Assembly (NCBI GenBank): GCA_964016885.1
Contig: OZ024749.1
Coordinates: 13,392,001 to 13,456,000 of the forward strand
DNA length: 64,000 nt
Origin: Eledone cirrhosa
Lineage: Eukaryota
Reading direction: 5' to 3'
In this document: positions 29,401 through 43,175 of the stretch, one piece after another
Layout of the letters: each line of letters opens with the position of its first letter
Position numbering within the stretch: position 1 is the stretch's first letter
Position numbers and translations under genes: made by a program
Notes under the pieces: model-generated
Told to the model about the DNA's origin: nothing
The model's input: only the letters and a program-made list of their open reading frames with translations
The model's database searches: none

Positions 29401-29504
29401 TTCCCCACCAACACCCCACTCTCAAGAGCGTGAAACTAATAAACCTTTGTTCGTACTGCCTCTCTGTTTTGTTCCGTTCCATTTTTCACTATATATATAT
29501 ATAT

Positions 29505-29562
<58 letters not shown>

Positions 29563-29972
29563 TCAGTCAGACAAAGTGACAGGTAAGTAGATAGATGGGT
29601 AGTTAGATAGATAGTTAGAGAGAGAAAGGGGGAGAGAGAGGAGTGATCCAACATCTGTGATAAACACCGCCATACAGAACATATTTATAGGAGTGAGGTT
29701 AAACTACAGAAATAGCTTCATTTTCTCTCTAGAAATAAATGAACCTCTTTTCCTCCATATTAACTGAACCCAATAATTATCTATTTCGGTTCCATTACAC
29801 AACCGGACCCTTTTTTACCTCCCTAGATTTAGTGGGGGGGGGGGGGTGTTCTTGTTTCTGTTTTTGTCGTTGTTTTGTATTTGTGTATGTGTTTCTGTCT
29901 CTCTACCCCTCTCTTTCTGTCTCTCTCTCCCTCTCTCTCTCCCTCTCTCTCTCTCCCTCACTCTTTCTCTCT

Positions 29973-30026
<54 letters not shown>

Positions 30027-30630
30027 GCGTCTGTGATCGTGTGTGTGTTTGTATGTGTTTGAGTGTGTGTGTAAGCGTGTGTGAGCATGTATGTGCGTGG
30101 CCGCGTGTGAGCGTGTATGTGTGTGTGTGAACGTGTATGTGTGTGAACGTGTATGTGTGTGTGTGTGTTTCTCTCCAATTATCTTCATCAATATATTTTT
30201 AATAGTTTTGCTGTGATTCAGTTTATTTTTTAATGTCGGATAATTTCTGGACGTGACGGAGAGACATGTCACAACCAGTAACAGCACTGTGTTGGCTTGT
30301 TATTGCTGTTGTTGTTGATGATGATGATGCTGTGGCTATTGTTGCTATTGTTGTTGTTGTTGTTGATGATGCTGTGTTGCTATTGTTGTTGTTGTTTATG
30401 ATGTTGTTGTTGCTGTTGTTGGTGATTTGTTGATGATGCTGTGGCTATTGTTGTCGTTGGTGTTGTTCTGATTGTTGTTGTTGATGCCGTTGTTGTTATT
30501 GTTGCTGTTGTTGTTGTTGACGAAGTTGTTGTTGTTGCTGTTGTTGTTTTGTTGTTGCTGTTGTTATTGTTGCTGTTGCAGTTGTTATTTTTTTCTTTTG
30601 CTCTCTTTGTCTCCTCTTATCCATCTTCAA

Positions 30631-33600
30631 TGGAGGCTCATGGCCCCTTGTTAGTGTACTGGACATACGATGGTATCGTCGTGGGTTAGTGTATTGGACA
30701 TACGATGGTATCGTCGTGGGTTAGTGTATTGGACATACGATGGTATTGTCGTGGGTTAGTGTATTGGACATACGATGGTATCGTCGTGGGTTAGTGTATT
30801 GGACATACGATGGTATTGTCGTGGGTTAGTGTATTGAACATACGATGGTATCGTCGTGGGTTAGTGTATTGGACATACGATGGTATCGTCGTGGGTTAGT
30901 GTATTGGACATACGATGGTATTGTCGTGGGTTAGTGTATTGGACATACGATGGTATCGTCGTGGGTTAGTGTATTGAACATACGATGGTATCGTCGTGGG
31001 TTAGTGTATTGAACATACGATGGTATCGTCGTGGGTTTGTGTATTGGACATACGATGGTATTGTCCTGGGTTTGTGTATTGGACATACGATGGTATTGTC
31101 CTGGGTTTGTGTATTGGACATACGATGGTATTGTCCTGGGTTAGTGTATTGGACATACGATGGTATCGTCGTGGGTTTGTGTATTGAACATACGATGGTA
31201 TCGTCGTGGGTTAGTGTATTGGACATACGATGTTATTGTCCTGGGTTAGTGTATTGGACATACGATGGTATTGTCCTGGGTTAGTGTATTGGACATACGA
31301 TGGTATCGTCGTGGGTTTGTGTATTGAACATACGATGGTATCGTCGTGGGTTAGTGTATTGAACATACGATGGTATCGTCGTGGGTTAGTGTATTGGACA
31401 TACGATGGTATCGTCGTGGGTTTGTGTATTGGACATACGATGGTATTGTCGTGGGTTAGTGTATTGAACATACGATGGTATCGTCGTGGGTTAGTGTATT
31501 GGACATACGATGGTATCGTCGTGGGTTAGTGTATTGGACATACGATGTTATTGTCCTGGGTTAGTGTATTGGACATACGATGGTATTGTCCTGGGTTAGT
31601 GTATTGGACATACGATGGTATCGTCGTGGGTTTGTGTATTGAACATACGATGGTATCGTCGTGGGTTAGTGTATTGAACATACGATGGTATCGTCGTGGG
31701 TTAGTGTATTGGACATACGATGGTATCGTCGTGGGTTTGTGTATTGGACATACGATGGTATTGTCGTGGGTTAGTGTATTGAACATACGATGGTATCGTC
31801 GTGGGTTAGTGTATTGGACATACGATGGTATTGTCGTGGGTTAGTGTATTGGACATACGATGGTATTGTCCTGGGTTTGTGTATTGGACATACGATGGTA
31901 TTGTCCTGGGTTTGTGTATTGGACATACGATGGTATTGTCGTGGGTTAGTGTATTGGACATACGATGGTATTGTCGTGGGTTAGTGTATTGGACATACGA
32001 TGGTATTGTCCTGGGTTTGTGTATTGGACATACGATGGTATTGTCGTGGGTTAGTGTATTGGACATACGATGGTATCGTCGTGGGTTAGTGTATTGGACA
32101 TACGATGGTATTGTCCTGGGTTTGTGTATTGGACATACGATGGTATTGTCGTGGGTTAGTGTATTGGACATACGATGGTATTGTCGTGGGTTAGTGTATT
32201 GGACATACGATGGTATTGTCGTGGGTTAGTGTATTGGACATACGATGGTATTGTCCTGGGTTTGTGTATTGGACATACGATGGTATTGTCGTGGGTTAGT
32301 GTATTGGACATACGATGGTATTGATGTGGGTTAGTGTATTGGACATACGATGGTATTATCGTGGGTTAGTGTATTGGACATACGATGGTATTGTCCTGGG
32401 TTTGTGTATTGGACATACGATGGTATTGTCCTGGGTTTGTGTATTGGACATACGATGGTATTGTCGTGGGTTAGTGTATTGGACATACGATGGTATTGTC
32501 GTGGGTTAGTGTATTGGACATACGATGGTATTGTCGTGGGTTAGTGTATTGGACATACGATGGTATTGTCGTGGGTTTGTGTATTGGACATTCGATGGTA
32601 TCGTCGTGGGTTAGTGTATTGGACATACGATGGTATTGTCCTGGGTTTGTGTATTGGACATACGATGGTATTGTCGTGGGTTAGTGTATTGGACATACGA
32701 TGGTATCGTCGTGGGTTAGTGTATTGAACATACGATGGTATTGTCGTGGGTTAGTGTATTGGACATACGATGTTATTGTCCTGGGTTTGTGTATTGGACA
32801 TACGATGGTATCGTCGTGGGTTAGTGTATTGGACATACGATGGTATCGTCGTGGGTTAGTGTATTGGACATACGATGTTATTGTCTTGGGTTTGTGTATT
32901 GGACATACGATGGTATCGTCGTGGGTTAGTGTATTGGACATACGATGGTATTGTCCTGGGTTAGTGTATTGGACATACGATGGTATTGTCGTGGGTTAGT
33001 GTATTGGACATACGATGGTATTGTCCTGGGTTTGTGTATTGGACATACGATGGTATTGTCGTGGGTTAGTGTATTGGACATACGATGGTATTGTCGTGGG
33101 TTTGTGTATTGGACATACGATGGTATTGTCCTGGGTTTGTGTATTGGACATACGATGGTATTGTCGTGGGTTAGTGTATTGGACATACGATGGTATCGTC
33201 GTGAGTTAGTGTATTGAACATACGATGGTATCGTCGTGAGTTAGTGTATTGGACATACGATGGTGTTGCCGTGGGTTAGTGTATTGGACATACGATGGTA
33301 TCGTCGTGGGTTAGTGTATTGGACATACGATGGTATTGTCCTGGGTTTGTGTATTGGACATACGATGGTATTGTCCTGGGTTTGTGTATTGGACATACGA
33401 TGGTATTGTCCTGGGTTTGTGTATTGGACATACGATGGTATCGTCGTTGGTTAGTGTATTGGACATACGATGGTGTTGCCGTGGGTTAGTGTATTGGACA
33501 TACGATGGTGTTGCCGTGGGTTAGTGTATTGGACATACGATGGTATTGTCCTGGGTTTGTGTATTGGACATACGATGGTATTGTCCTGGGTTTGTGTATT

Positions 33601-35400
33601 GGACATACGATGGTATTGTCCTGGGTTTGTGTATTGGACATACGATGGTATTGTCGTGGGTTAGTGTATTGGACATACGATGGTATTGTTCTGGGTTAGT
33701 GTATTGGACATACGGTGGTATTGTCCTGGGTTTGTGTATTGGCCATACGATGGTATTGTCGTGGGTTAGTATATTGGACATACGATGGTATTGTCCTTGG
33801 TTTGTGTATTGGACTTACGATGGTATCGTCCTGGGTTTGTGTATTGGACATACGATGGTATTGTCCTGGGTTTGTGTATTGGACATACGATGGTATTGTC
33901 CTGGGTTTGTGTATTGGACATACGATGGTATTGTCGTGGGTTAGTGTATTGGACATACGATGGTATTGTCGTGGGTTAGTGTATTGGACATACGATGGTA
34001 TTGTCGTGGGTTAGTGTATTGGACATACGATGGTATCGTCGTGATTTAGTGTATTGGACATACGATGGTATTGTCGTGGGTTAGTGTATTGGACATACGA
34101 TGGTATTGTCCTGGGTTAGTGTATTGGACATACGATGGTATTGTCCTGGGTTTGTGTATTGGCCATACGATGGTATTGTCCTGGGTTAGTGTATTGGACA
34201 TACGATGGTATTGTCCTGGGTTTGTGTATTGGACATACGATGGTATTGTCCTGGGTTTGTGTATTGGACATACGATGGTATTGTCCTGGGTTTGTGTATT
34301 GGACATACGATGGTATTGTCGTGGGTTAGTGTATTGGACATACGATGGTATTGTCGTGGGTTAGTGTATTGGACATACGATGGTATTGTTCTGGGTTAGT
34401 GTATTGGACATACGGTGGTATTGTCCTGGGTTTGTGTATTGGCCATACGATGGTATTGTCCTGGGTTTGTGTATTGGACATACGATGGTATTGTCGTGGG
34501 TTAGTGTATTGGACATACGGTGGTATTGTCCTGGGTTTGTGTATTGGACATACGATGGTATTGTCGTGGGTTAGTGTATTGGACATACGGTGGTATTGTC
34601 CTGGGTTTGTGTATTGGACATACGATGGTATTGTCGTGGGTTAGTGTATTGGACATACGGTGGTATTGTCCTGGGTTTGTGTATTGGACATACGATGGTA
34701 TTGTCCTGGGTTTGTGTATTGGACATACGATGGTATTGTCGTGGGTTAGTGTATTGGACATACGGTGGTATTGTCCTGGGTTTGTGTATTGGACATACGA
34801 TGGTATTGTCCTGGGTTAGTGTATTGGACATACGATGGTATTGTCCTGGGTTAGTGTATTGGACATACGATGGTATTGTCCTGGGTTTGTGTATTGGCCA
34901 TACGATGGTATTGTCCTGGGTTAGTGTATTGGACATACGATGGTATTGTCCTGGGTTTGTGTATTGGACATACGATGGTATTGTTGTGGGTTTGTGTATT
35001 GGACATACGATGGTATTGTCCTGGGTTTGTGTATTGGACATACGATGGTATTGTTGTGGGTTAGTGTATTGGACATACGATGGTATTGTATGGACTGGGT
35101 TGTGTGTTGTGTTCTTGAGCAAAACACTTCATTTTACGTTGCTCCAGTATACTCAGCTGAACATACCAGCAATAACTGGGGATTCAACCTGCGATGAACT
35201 GGTTTCTTGTCCAGGCCGAGGGTGTTGCAATTCCAGTCGCTTTACGCCACAGAAATCGGGTTAAGTACCGACCTGATAAGCCTCTGGGTTCGACTGGCGT
35301 CCTGTCCAGTGGGGTGTGGGAGTTTTGTAGTGTCATCACACCACGGGAAGTGGAATAAGCACCGGCCCGAAGAGACTCCGGACTCGAGACAGACTTTAGA
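30631..35400 (+). mobile_element. tRNA-derived SINE (CORE/V-like family) split by the 35-bp satellite
   Basis: Head tggaggctcatggccccttgttag at 30631; body ggactgggttgtgtgttgtgttcttgagcaaaacacttc...cctgcgatgaactgg resumes at 35091 and is homologous to 58312-58475. Confidence 0.65.
30651..35088. repeat. 35-bp satellite, ~127 copies (tt[a/t]gtgtattggacatacgatggtat[c/t]gtc[g/c]tggg)
   Basis: Uninterrupted 35-bp period with no spacers; local 315-bp higher-order duplication. Confidence 0.97.
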
Positions 35401-35614
35401 CTTAGATATCTTTAGTTGCTTCTACGATATCTGCTCCTGAATGGAAGATTTATTTTGGTTGAATAACAAATATTTTGGACGGGTTAAGCCAGTAGCAGCA
35501 GCAATTGTTGCTGATACAAAGGTATTTAACTCTTGATGGAGTGGTGGAGGCGCCATCCTGACACACGGTCTGTTTGGGATATATTAAACTAAACCAAAGG
35601 AAGTGAGTTATTAG

Positions 35615-35742
35615 AACGGCTGATAGAATGATTTGAGGTATTCTTCCGGCTCTCTGATCTCCTAGTTCAAATCCCGCCGAGGTCAACTTTGCCTTTCATC
35701 TATTTAAGGTCGATAAAAAAATGTACCAGTCTAATACTGGGT
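35615..35742 (+). mobile_element. SINE (family A), diverged head
   Basis: gttcaaatcccgccgaggtcaactttgcctttcatc...gtaccag. Confidence 0.75.
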
Positions 35743-37544
35743 CGGTTCCTCCTCTATATCTCTTTCTCACTTCTATTCTCTCATTCTCTCTCCTTCTCCG
35801 AAGAAATCTGCTGTATTCAGACCGGGAGAGTAGATGGTTTTTAAAATGCCCTAGAATCGCCATATTTCAATACGACACCCCTACAACTCCATCAAGAGTT
35901 ACGGGGCCATACTTGTATAGAAACTAAACCTGGCAGGATCTGTCCTTCTCCAGGCTGGAATATAGTCGATTACTTCAAGATAAAGAAGTGTGGTTGAAGA
36001 CAAGGGACCCAAACCCACTGCGACTCCCGAATGAAGGTTGACCTTGGTGGGATTTGAACTTTGAAGACAATAATCCAGAAGAAACGTTTAATCCGGCACC
36101 CCAGCCATACGGCTAATTCGTAACATTCAGACTAAGAAAGTAGAATCAACATTTCAACGAAAATGTCAGAACAGACAATAGCAGACGATTTGTTTAAATG
36201 TGGGTGTGCGTGCGTGTGTGTGTGTTTGTGTGTGTGTGTGCGTTTGTGTGTGTTCGTGTGAATGCGAGCCAGTTTTTGTGTGTGTGCGCGTGTGTGTGTA
36301 TGAGCTTATGTGAATGTGCATGTGGATTTGTGTATGAGACTCTGTGCGAGTGTATGTGCGAGTGCATATGTGTATGTGTGTGTTAATGCATTTGTGCGTG
36401 TGTGTTTGTGTATATGTTGTTTGCGTATATATCTATTTATCTTTGTTTGAGTGTGTGTGTATATATGTGTGTGTATATATATGTGTGTGTGTATATGTGT
36501 TTGTGTATTTATGTGTTTGTGTGAATGTATCTGTTTTTGTTTGTATTTATGCGTGTCTATATTTATGTGTGTGAGTGTGTATGTGTGTGTGGGTGAGTGT
36601 TGGGGGATTAAAAGTGCATGTGTTTGCGTATGTGTATATTTATGTGTATGTATGCATATGTCTGTTTATCTGTGTGTATATGTGTATGTGTGTGTGCATT
36701 TGAGTTTGTTAGTGTGTATCTGTATTTGTGTTTTTATTTATTTATGTGTGTTTATGTATATGTGTGTGTATGTGTGTGTATTTGCAAATGTGTTTGCTCA
36801 CATGTGTATATATCTGTGTGTGTAGATCCATGTGTGTGTGTGAATGTGTGTTTGTGTTTGTATTTATATGTGTTTGTGTGTATATATGAATATGTGTTTG
36901 CATACTTGTGTATATATCAGTGTTTGTCTGTGTGTGTAAATCTGTGTGTATGTGTGTGTATATCCATGTTTGTGTGTGTGTGTGTGTGTGTGTGAGTGGG
37001 TGTATGTATATGTGTTTGCTTACATGTGTATATATCAGTGTGTTTCTGTGTGTGAATAACGATGTGTGTGCGTGTGTGTATGTGTGTGTGTGCGTGAGTG
37101 TGTGGGTGTGCGTGGGGGGTGCGCGCGCGCGCGTGTGAGTGAGTGCGTGTGCGTGTGTGTGTGCGTGTGTGTGTGTGTGTGTGTGTGAGTGAGTGAGTGT
37201 GTGTGTGTGTGTGAGTGAGTATATATGTGTGTGTGTGTGTGTGTGTCTAGCTGCACCTAACATTCAGCTGTCACTGAAATCTGGTATGTGTGCTGTAGAG
37301 AAAACATATGCTTATGACATATTATGAGAGGAAGTATTTTGTTCTGCTCTCACCTTACCAGATAATCTATTTTGGAGGTCGCTTAGGAAAGTGAGAAAGC
37401 CGCTTAAGTTGAATCACACTTCGGCTAATAATATACCAACAGTCCTTTACAAAACATGCACTGACTGAGGGAAGTGAAATCATCCATTGTAGTTATGTAC
37501 TTTTCGTAAGTGATTGTATGTGTGTTTCTGTGTATGTATGAGTG

Positions 37545-37612
<68 letters not shown>

Positions 37613-37613
<1 letters not shown>

Positions 37614-38599
37614 TAGCAGCAGTACCCAGCGTTGCCTGGGTAGGTAAAATAATATCTGATTTGATGAAAAGGTGTTGATCTTAGCAACTGCTTCTCGATG
37701 ACTCATCTATGAGCACACACACAGGTCATGCGGGGGAGGGTGGTGATGACCTCTATCACTGAGAAACGCGGGTGACTGACGAAGGGGAATGCTGGGGCAG
37801 AGAGGTAATGACCTCTAACACTAAGCCAAACTTCCTCACGCTACTTGATTGGAAACCGATGAATTCTCAAATACACAACTAAAAGCTCAGACGACGTCAG
37901 TGGCCAACGTTTGGCCTTTGACCATCTATAAGATGTGCAATGATAGGTTCTATCGTAGTATAAAAGTTGAACCAAATAAATTGATTTATGTGTGAGGTGG
38001 AGCCGAAGTTTCGAATTTGAACGAAATCGGTTGAAAAATGTGGGAGCTAGAGCCGAAAAGGCGGAAATTTAAGCGAAAAGGTGGTATTTTCGGATATTTA
38101 AGCGGCTGCCACGCCGTTCCTGAACAAAAAATTCAAAATGTAAAGCCACTTTAAGACGTGACGTAATCAGATCTAGTGTAGTGTAAAATTGAACAAAGTA
38201 GATTGATTAATGTGGGAGCTAGAGCCGAAAAAGTGGAAATTTGAGTCTAAAAGTGGTATTTTTGAATATTTAAGCGGCTGCCACACCGTCCCTGAACAAC
38301 AAATGCAAAATATAAAGCCATCACATGATATGCAATAATGAATTCTATTTTGCTTTAAAATTTGAACGAAATCGGTGGCAAAATGTGGGAGCTAGAGCCA
38401 AAAATCTTATTTTTCGATACCTAAAAAAAGTGACCCCCTCACTATCGATTTTTATCTACAGAATGACCCCGGAATAAAAATATGATACGCTGATATATAG
38501 AAAACACTCCCCGATGACTAATCTATGAGCCTGTAAAGTTTCATGAAAATCGGTCGTAAGATGTATTACACACACACATATTTAATTTTATATATATAC

Positions 38600-38602
<3 letters not shown>
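37613..38602 (-). mobile_element. Non-autonomous Helitron
   Basis: Minus strand: 5' TC(tgtatatatataaaa)...3' hairpin acccaggcaacgctgggt then CTAG, in AT target; internal ~175-bp tandem repeats (tgtgggagctagagcc). Confidence 0.75.
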
Positions 38603-38661
<59 letters not shown>

Positions 38662-38686
38662 ATATATATTATATATGTATATATAT

Positions 38687-38805
38687 GATCTGAGTTCAAA
38701 TCCCGCCGAGGTTAACTTTGCCTTTCGTCCTTACGGGGTCGATTAAATAAAATACCAGTAATGCACTGGGTAATTGCTGGCCTTGTGCCAAAAGAAGAAA
38801 CAATT
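38687..38805 (+). mobile_element. Partial SINE (family A)
   Basis: B-box to tail. Confidence 0.8.
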
Positions 38806-38918
38806 ATATATATGTATATATATATATATATTATATATATATGTATAAATATATATTATATATATATTATATATATATGTTTATATATATATATATATGT
38901 TTATATATATATGTTTAT

Positions 38919-39640
38919 ATATCACGATAAGTTAACGGAGCCATAGACTCGCTATTCCCTGTCAATAATGTGCTCAAAGGAGAAGGAATCCTGAGCTCAT
39001 TAAAATAAATTATGTTGAAAAGGTAACACACTGGAGAGAGATAGTGCGCCATCAATAAAACAGGGAAAAACCACCAGTGTATGGAATCTATAACCTATGA
39101 AAGGCAGGGTAGACACACGATAATTAAAAAATAAACTAAAGTGTAAATACGCACCTCTATAACTATATAACACACGTACAAATCTAAAGAGATCTGTTTC
39201 GCCAGGAAGTTGTTGACTGAACAGAAGTAGCCCATGGTTCATCAGCGTGTGAAACTCTAAGAGAATCTAAAGCGACCGTCCAGCTACACGTGAGAGAGAG
39301 ATGTCACAGCGTTTTAGGGCAGTGAACTAGTGGTGTCTGAGGGACGAGCTGCTAGAAAGGACAGCCCAAACCCATTCAGAGAAGTGTGCTCAACCAATCA
39401 GAGTGAGAGAGGAAAGACTGTTATAAGGAGCGAAATATCACGATAAATTAACGGAGCCATAGACTCTCGCTATTCCCTGTCAATAATGTGTTCAAAGGAG
39501 AAGGAATCCTGAGCTCTTTATAATACAATATGTTGAAAAGGTAACTCACTAGAGAGAGATAGTGCGCCATCAATAACACAAGGAAAACGACCAGTGTGAC
39601 GCACTATCTCTCTCTAGTGTGTTACCTTTTCAACATATGT
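38919..39640 (-). mobile_element. Non-coding 516-nt unit in ~1.3 tandem copies with HHR and terminal fold-back; second retrozyme/pLTR-like family
   Basis: atcacgataa...ccagtgt repeated at 38921 and 39437; 39601-39638 inverts ~39529-39566. Confidence 0.8.
39171..39251 (-). ncRNA. Complete type I hammerhead ribozyme with 8-bp stem III
   Basis: Minus strand: cacacg CTGATGA acca...tggc GAAA cagatct-cttt-agattt GTA cgtgtg. Confidence 0.9.
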
Positions 39641-39649
39641 ATATATATA

Positions 39650-40622
39650 TGTAGATAAATCTACCAAGAGTTTACGGTAGTGTCCAATCCGTATGAAGAA
39701 CTCAATGTAATCCGGATATCATGGAAAGAAGAGATGCATTCAAAAATCACTTTCGGTGAAGGATAAACGGAATACAGAGTCAAGATAAAATATTTAAAAA
39801 ATAATGAATAAAACAATGAAACAGTTCCTTATATTAAACAAAAAAAAGTTCATTATTTAACGATCGTTTCTAGGACATATATGTGTTAGAATTGGCATGC
39901 ATATTCAACAGTTCTATGTACAAAATTATACAAAATTATACAAACTATCAAATTTAATATACATACCAACACATATATATGCCGTCTTCAGAAATAATGA
40001 AATATATTTATTGATAATAACAACAATTCAAAATTACAGGTCTGTTTGGGAACAGAGTTCAAATTGACCAATGAAATACACAGAAATATATCCAGAAAAT
40101 ACAGTTAGGTGTGTGTATATATGTAAGTAACTTCGTTCACAGATATGCATAAAAATATATGTTCACATGCATACGCATGTCGAAAAAATGTATGTAAATA
40201 CAAAAATACAGGGCTAATGTCTCTGTATATTTATAATCTACAGATAAAATACATATACGTATATAAACATATATACATTTATATATACACACATAAACAT
40301 ACATTCACACACACACGCGCATATACGCATAAACATACACATAACCACGAACATACACACACACACACACACACACCCCCACACACACACACACACACAC
40401 ATATATGTGTATATATTATTATCATAAGCATATGGACATTAAGGCGCGCACATAAGCACTGCCACATATATTTAGATCCAGATACAGAAAGTAGGTGGGG
40501 GGGGTCAGTATTTACGGGTGTCAGACAAACTGCCTATTTAAAAATGTATCTATAAATTTAGAAATAAAAAGAAGAATATTAAAAAATATATATATATATA
40601 AACAAGTAAAATATAAAATACA

Positions 40623-40696
<74 letters not shown>

Positions 40697-40697
40697 T

Positions 40698-40736
<39 letters not shown>

Positions 40737-41047
40737 TATATACATATATATACACACACATATACATAGAGACACATACATATACACATATAAATACATA
40801 GACACATATACATACACACATATATATATATATACATATTTACAACACCCGTAAATACTGACCCCCCCCCCCCCCACCTACTTTCTGTATCTGGATCTAA
40901 ATATATGTGGCAGTGCTTATGTGCGCGCCTTAATGTCCATATGCTTATGATAATAATATATACACATATATGTGTGTGTGTGGGTGTGTGTGTGTGTGTA
41001 TGTTCGTGGTTATGTGTATGTTTATGCGTATATGCGCGTGTGTGTGT
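39650..41047 (-). mobile_element. Non-coding 3' end of the PLE family seen at 4730-6332, with HHR at 39849-40001 and 5' inverted segment 40845-41047
   Basis: Reverse-complement homology to 4730-5490 and 6090-6332; 40845-41047 inverts ~40310-40521. Confidence 0.85.
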
Positions 41048-41280
41048 ATATATATATATATTTATGTATATATTTATATATACAATAGTACAGCATATTC
41101 GAAGTTCGATCAGCAGCTAAGCCACAAATGCCTTCAGCAGTGCAGCCAAGCACTCGACGAGGAATAGACCTCAGAGTAATAACATACAGTTTAAAGGGCT
41201 TTGCAAATTGAAAATAGCGACCGCTAATTCAGCCGCGTGATCTGTAACAACGAAAGAACTGACTAGTGAGAAAAGGATAT

Positions 41281-41325
<45 letters not shown>

Positions 41326-41365
41326 CATATAAAAACATACATACATACATACATACATACATACA

Positions 41366-41398
<33 letters not shown>

Positions 41399-41800
41399 GC
41401 ACATATCTGTATATATAACATACCTGGACTGACATTTCGAAATTACTGAATATCCAAGTGAGGTTTCTGTAAATCCGAAATCAACAAAATCCGCTTGTGG
41501 TGTATACAAGTTAGGTTTCTGGAAGATCGAATAGTGGAATTTACTTTCTCAACAGGCTTTCGTTCTAACCCAAAACACGGTTTCTGGCGGTCAATTCAAA
41601 AATTATGGGCAATGGAAAAAATTCCATACACAAACCGAATTAAGCACTCAACCAGACCGTTATTAAACAAACTTAAATAATTAACCAATCAATGGAATGG
41701 TCAAATTAAATTAATCAATTAATCATTAGGTCTAGGAGATAGTAATACAATATATATATATATTTTTATTTATATATATATATTTATATATATATATATA

Positions 41801-42180
41801 TTAATAAAAGGAATTCCAACTTTGTCTGATTTACTCGTTTTATTTACAATCCTTTAAAATTTATAATGGTATTAGAATGAAATAGTATGGTAGAATATTA
41901 AATGTTAAGTGTTAATTGAACAAGTACTTTCATGCTTTCGCAATCTTCAGATTTATATACAGTCAAGTTTGCAATTTTCAACTGTCAGTTGAAAATTGCA
42001 AACTTGACTGTCACCACAGAATATAAACCTGAAGGTTGCCAAAGCATGAAAGTACTTGTTCAATTAACACTTAACATTTAATATTCTACCATACTATTTC
42101 ATTCTAATACCATTATAAATTTTAAAGGATTGTAAATAAAACGAGTAAATAAGACAATGTTGGAATTCGTTTTATTAATA
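41801..42180. repeat. ~380-bp near-perfect palindrome carrying two opposed minimal HHR motifs (41915-41957 -, 42022-42065 +)
   Basis: Arms pair around actgtcagt (~41985); minus strand CTGAAGA ttgc-gaaa-gcat GAAA gtac TT. Confidence 0.8.
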
Positions 42181-42232
42181 TAATCTTATATACGCAATCA
42201 TAGAATTCCGTGTATATTTATCTCTCTCTCTC

Positions 42233-42282
<50 letters not shown>

Positions 42283-42296
42283 TTATATATATATAC

Positions 42297-42338
<42 letters not shown>

Positions 42339-42487
42339 TTATATATATACATATATATATACATATATATACATTTATATACATATATATATACATATAT
42401 ATACATTTATATATATATATATATATACATTTATATATATATATATTTATATATATATATACATTTATATATATATATACATTAATA

Positions 42488-42522
<35 letters not shown>

Positions 42523-42524
42523 TA

Positions 42525-42599
<75 letters not shown>

Positions 42600-42764
42600 T
42601 TATATATATATATATATATTAGAAAGATCGAGTATCGAAAAATCGGCGCACGAGTTAACGATAAACAATATTATATACATTTATATATATATATATACAT
42701 TTATATATATATATATATATACATTTATATATATATATATATACATTTATATATATATATATAC

Positions 42765-43175
<411 letters not shown>

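Noticed and set aside
30651-35088. CRISPR array (35-bp period)
   Set aside because: Head-to-tail monomers with no unique spacers, no cas genes, eukaryotic context
30651-35088. Telomeric repeat (GGGTTAG in many monomers)
   Set aside because: Only a 7-nt match created at the monomer junction; no (TTAGGG)n run
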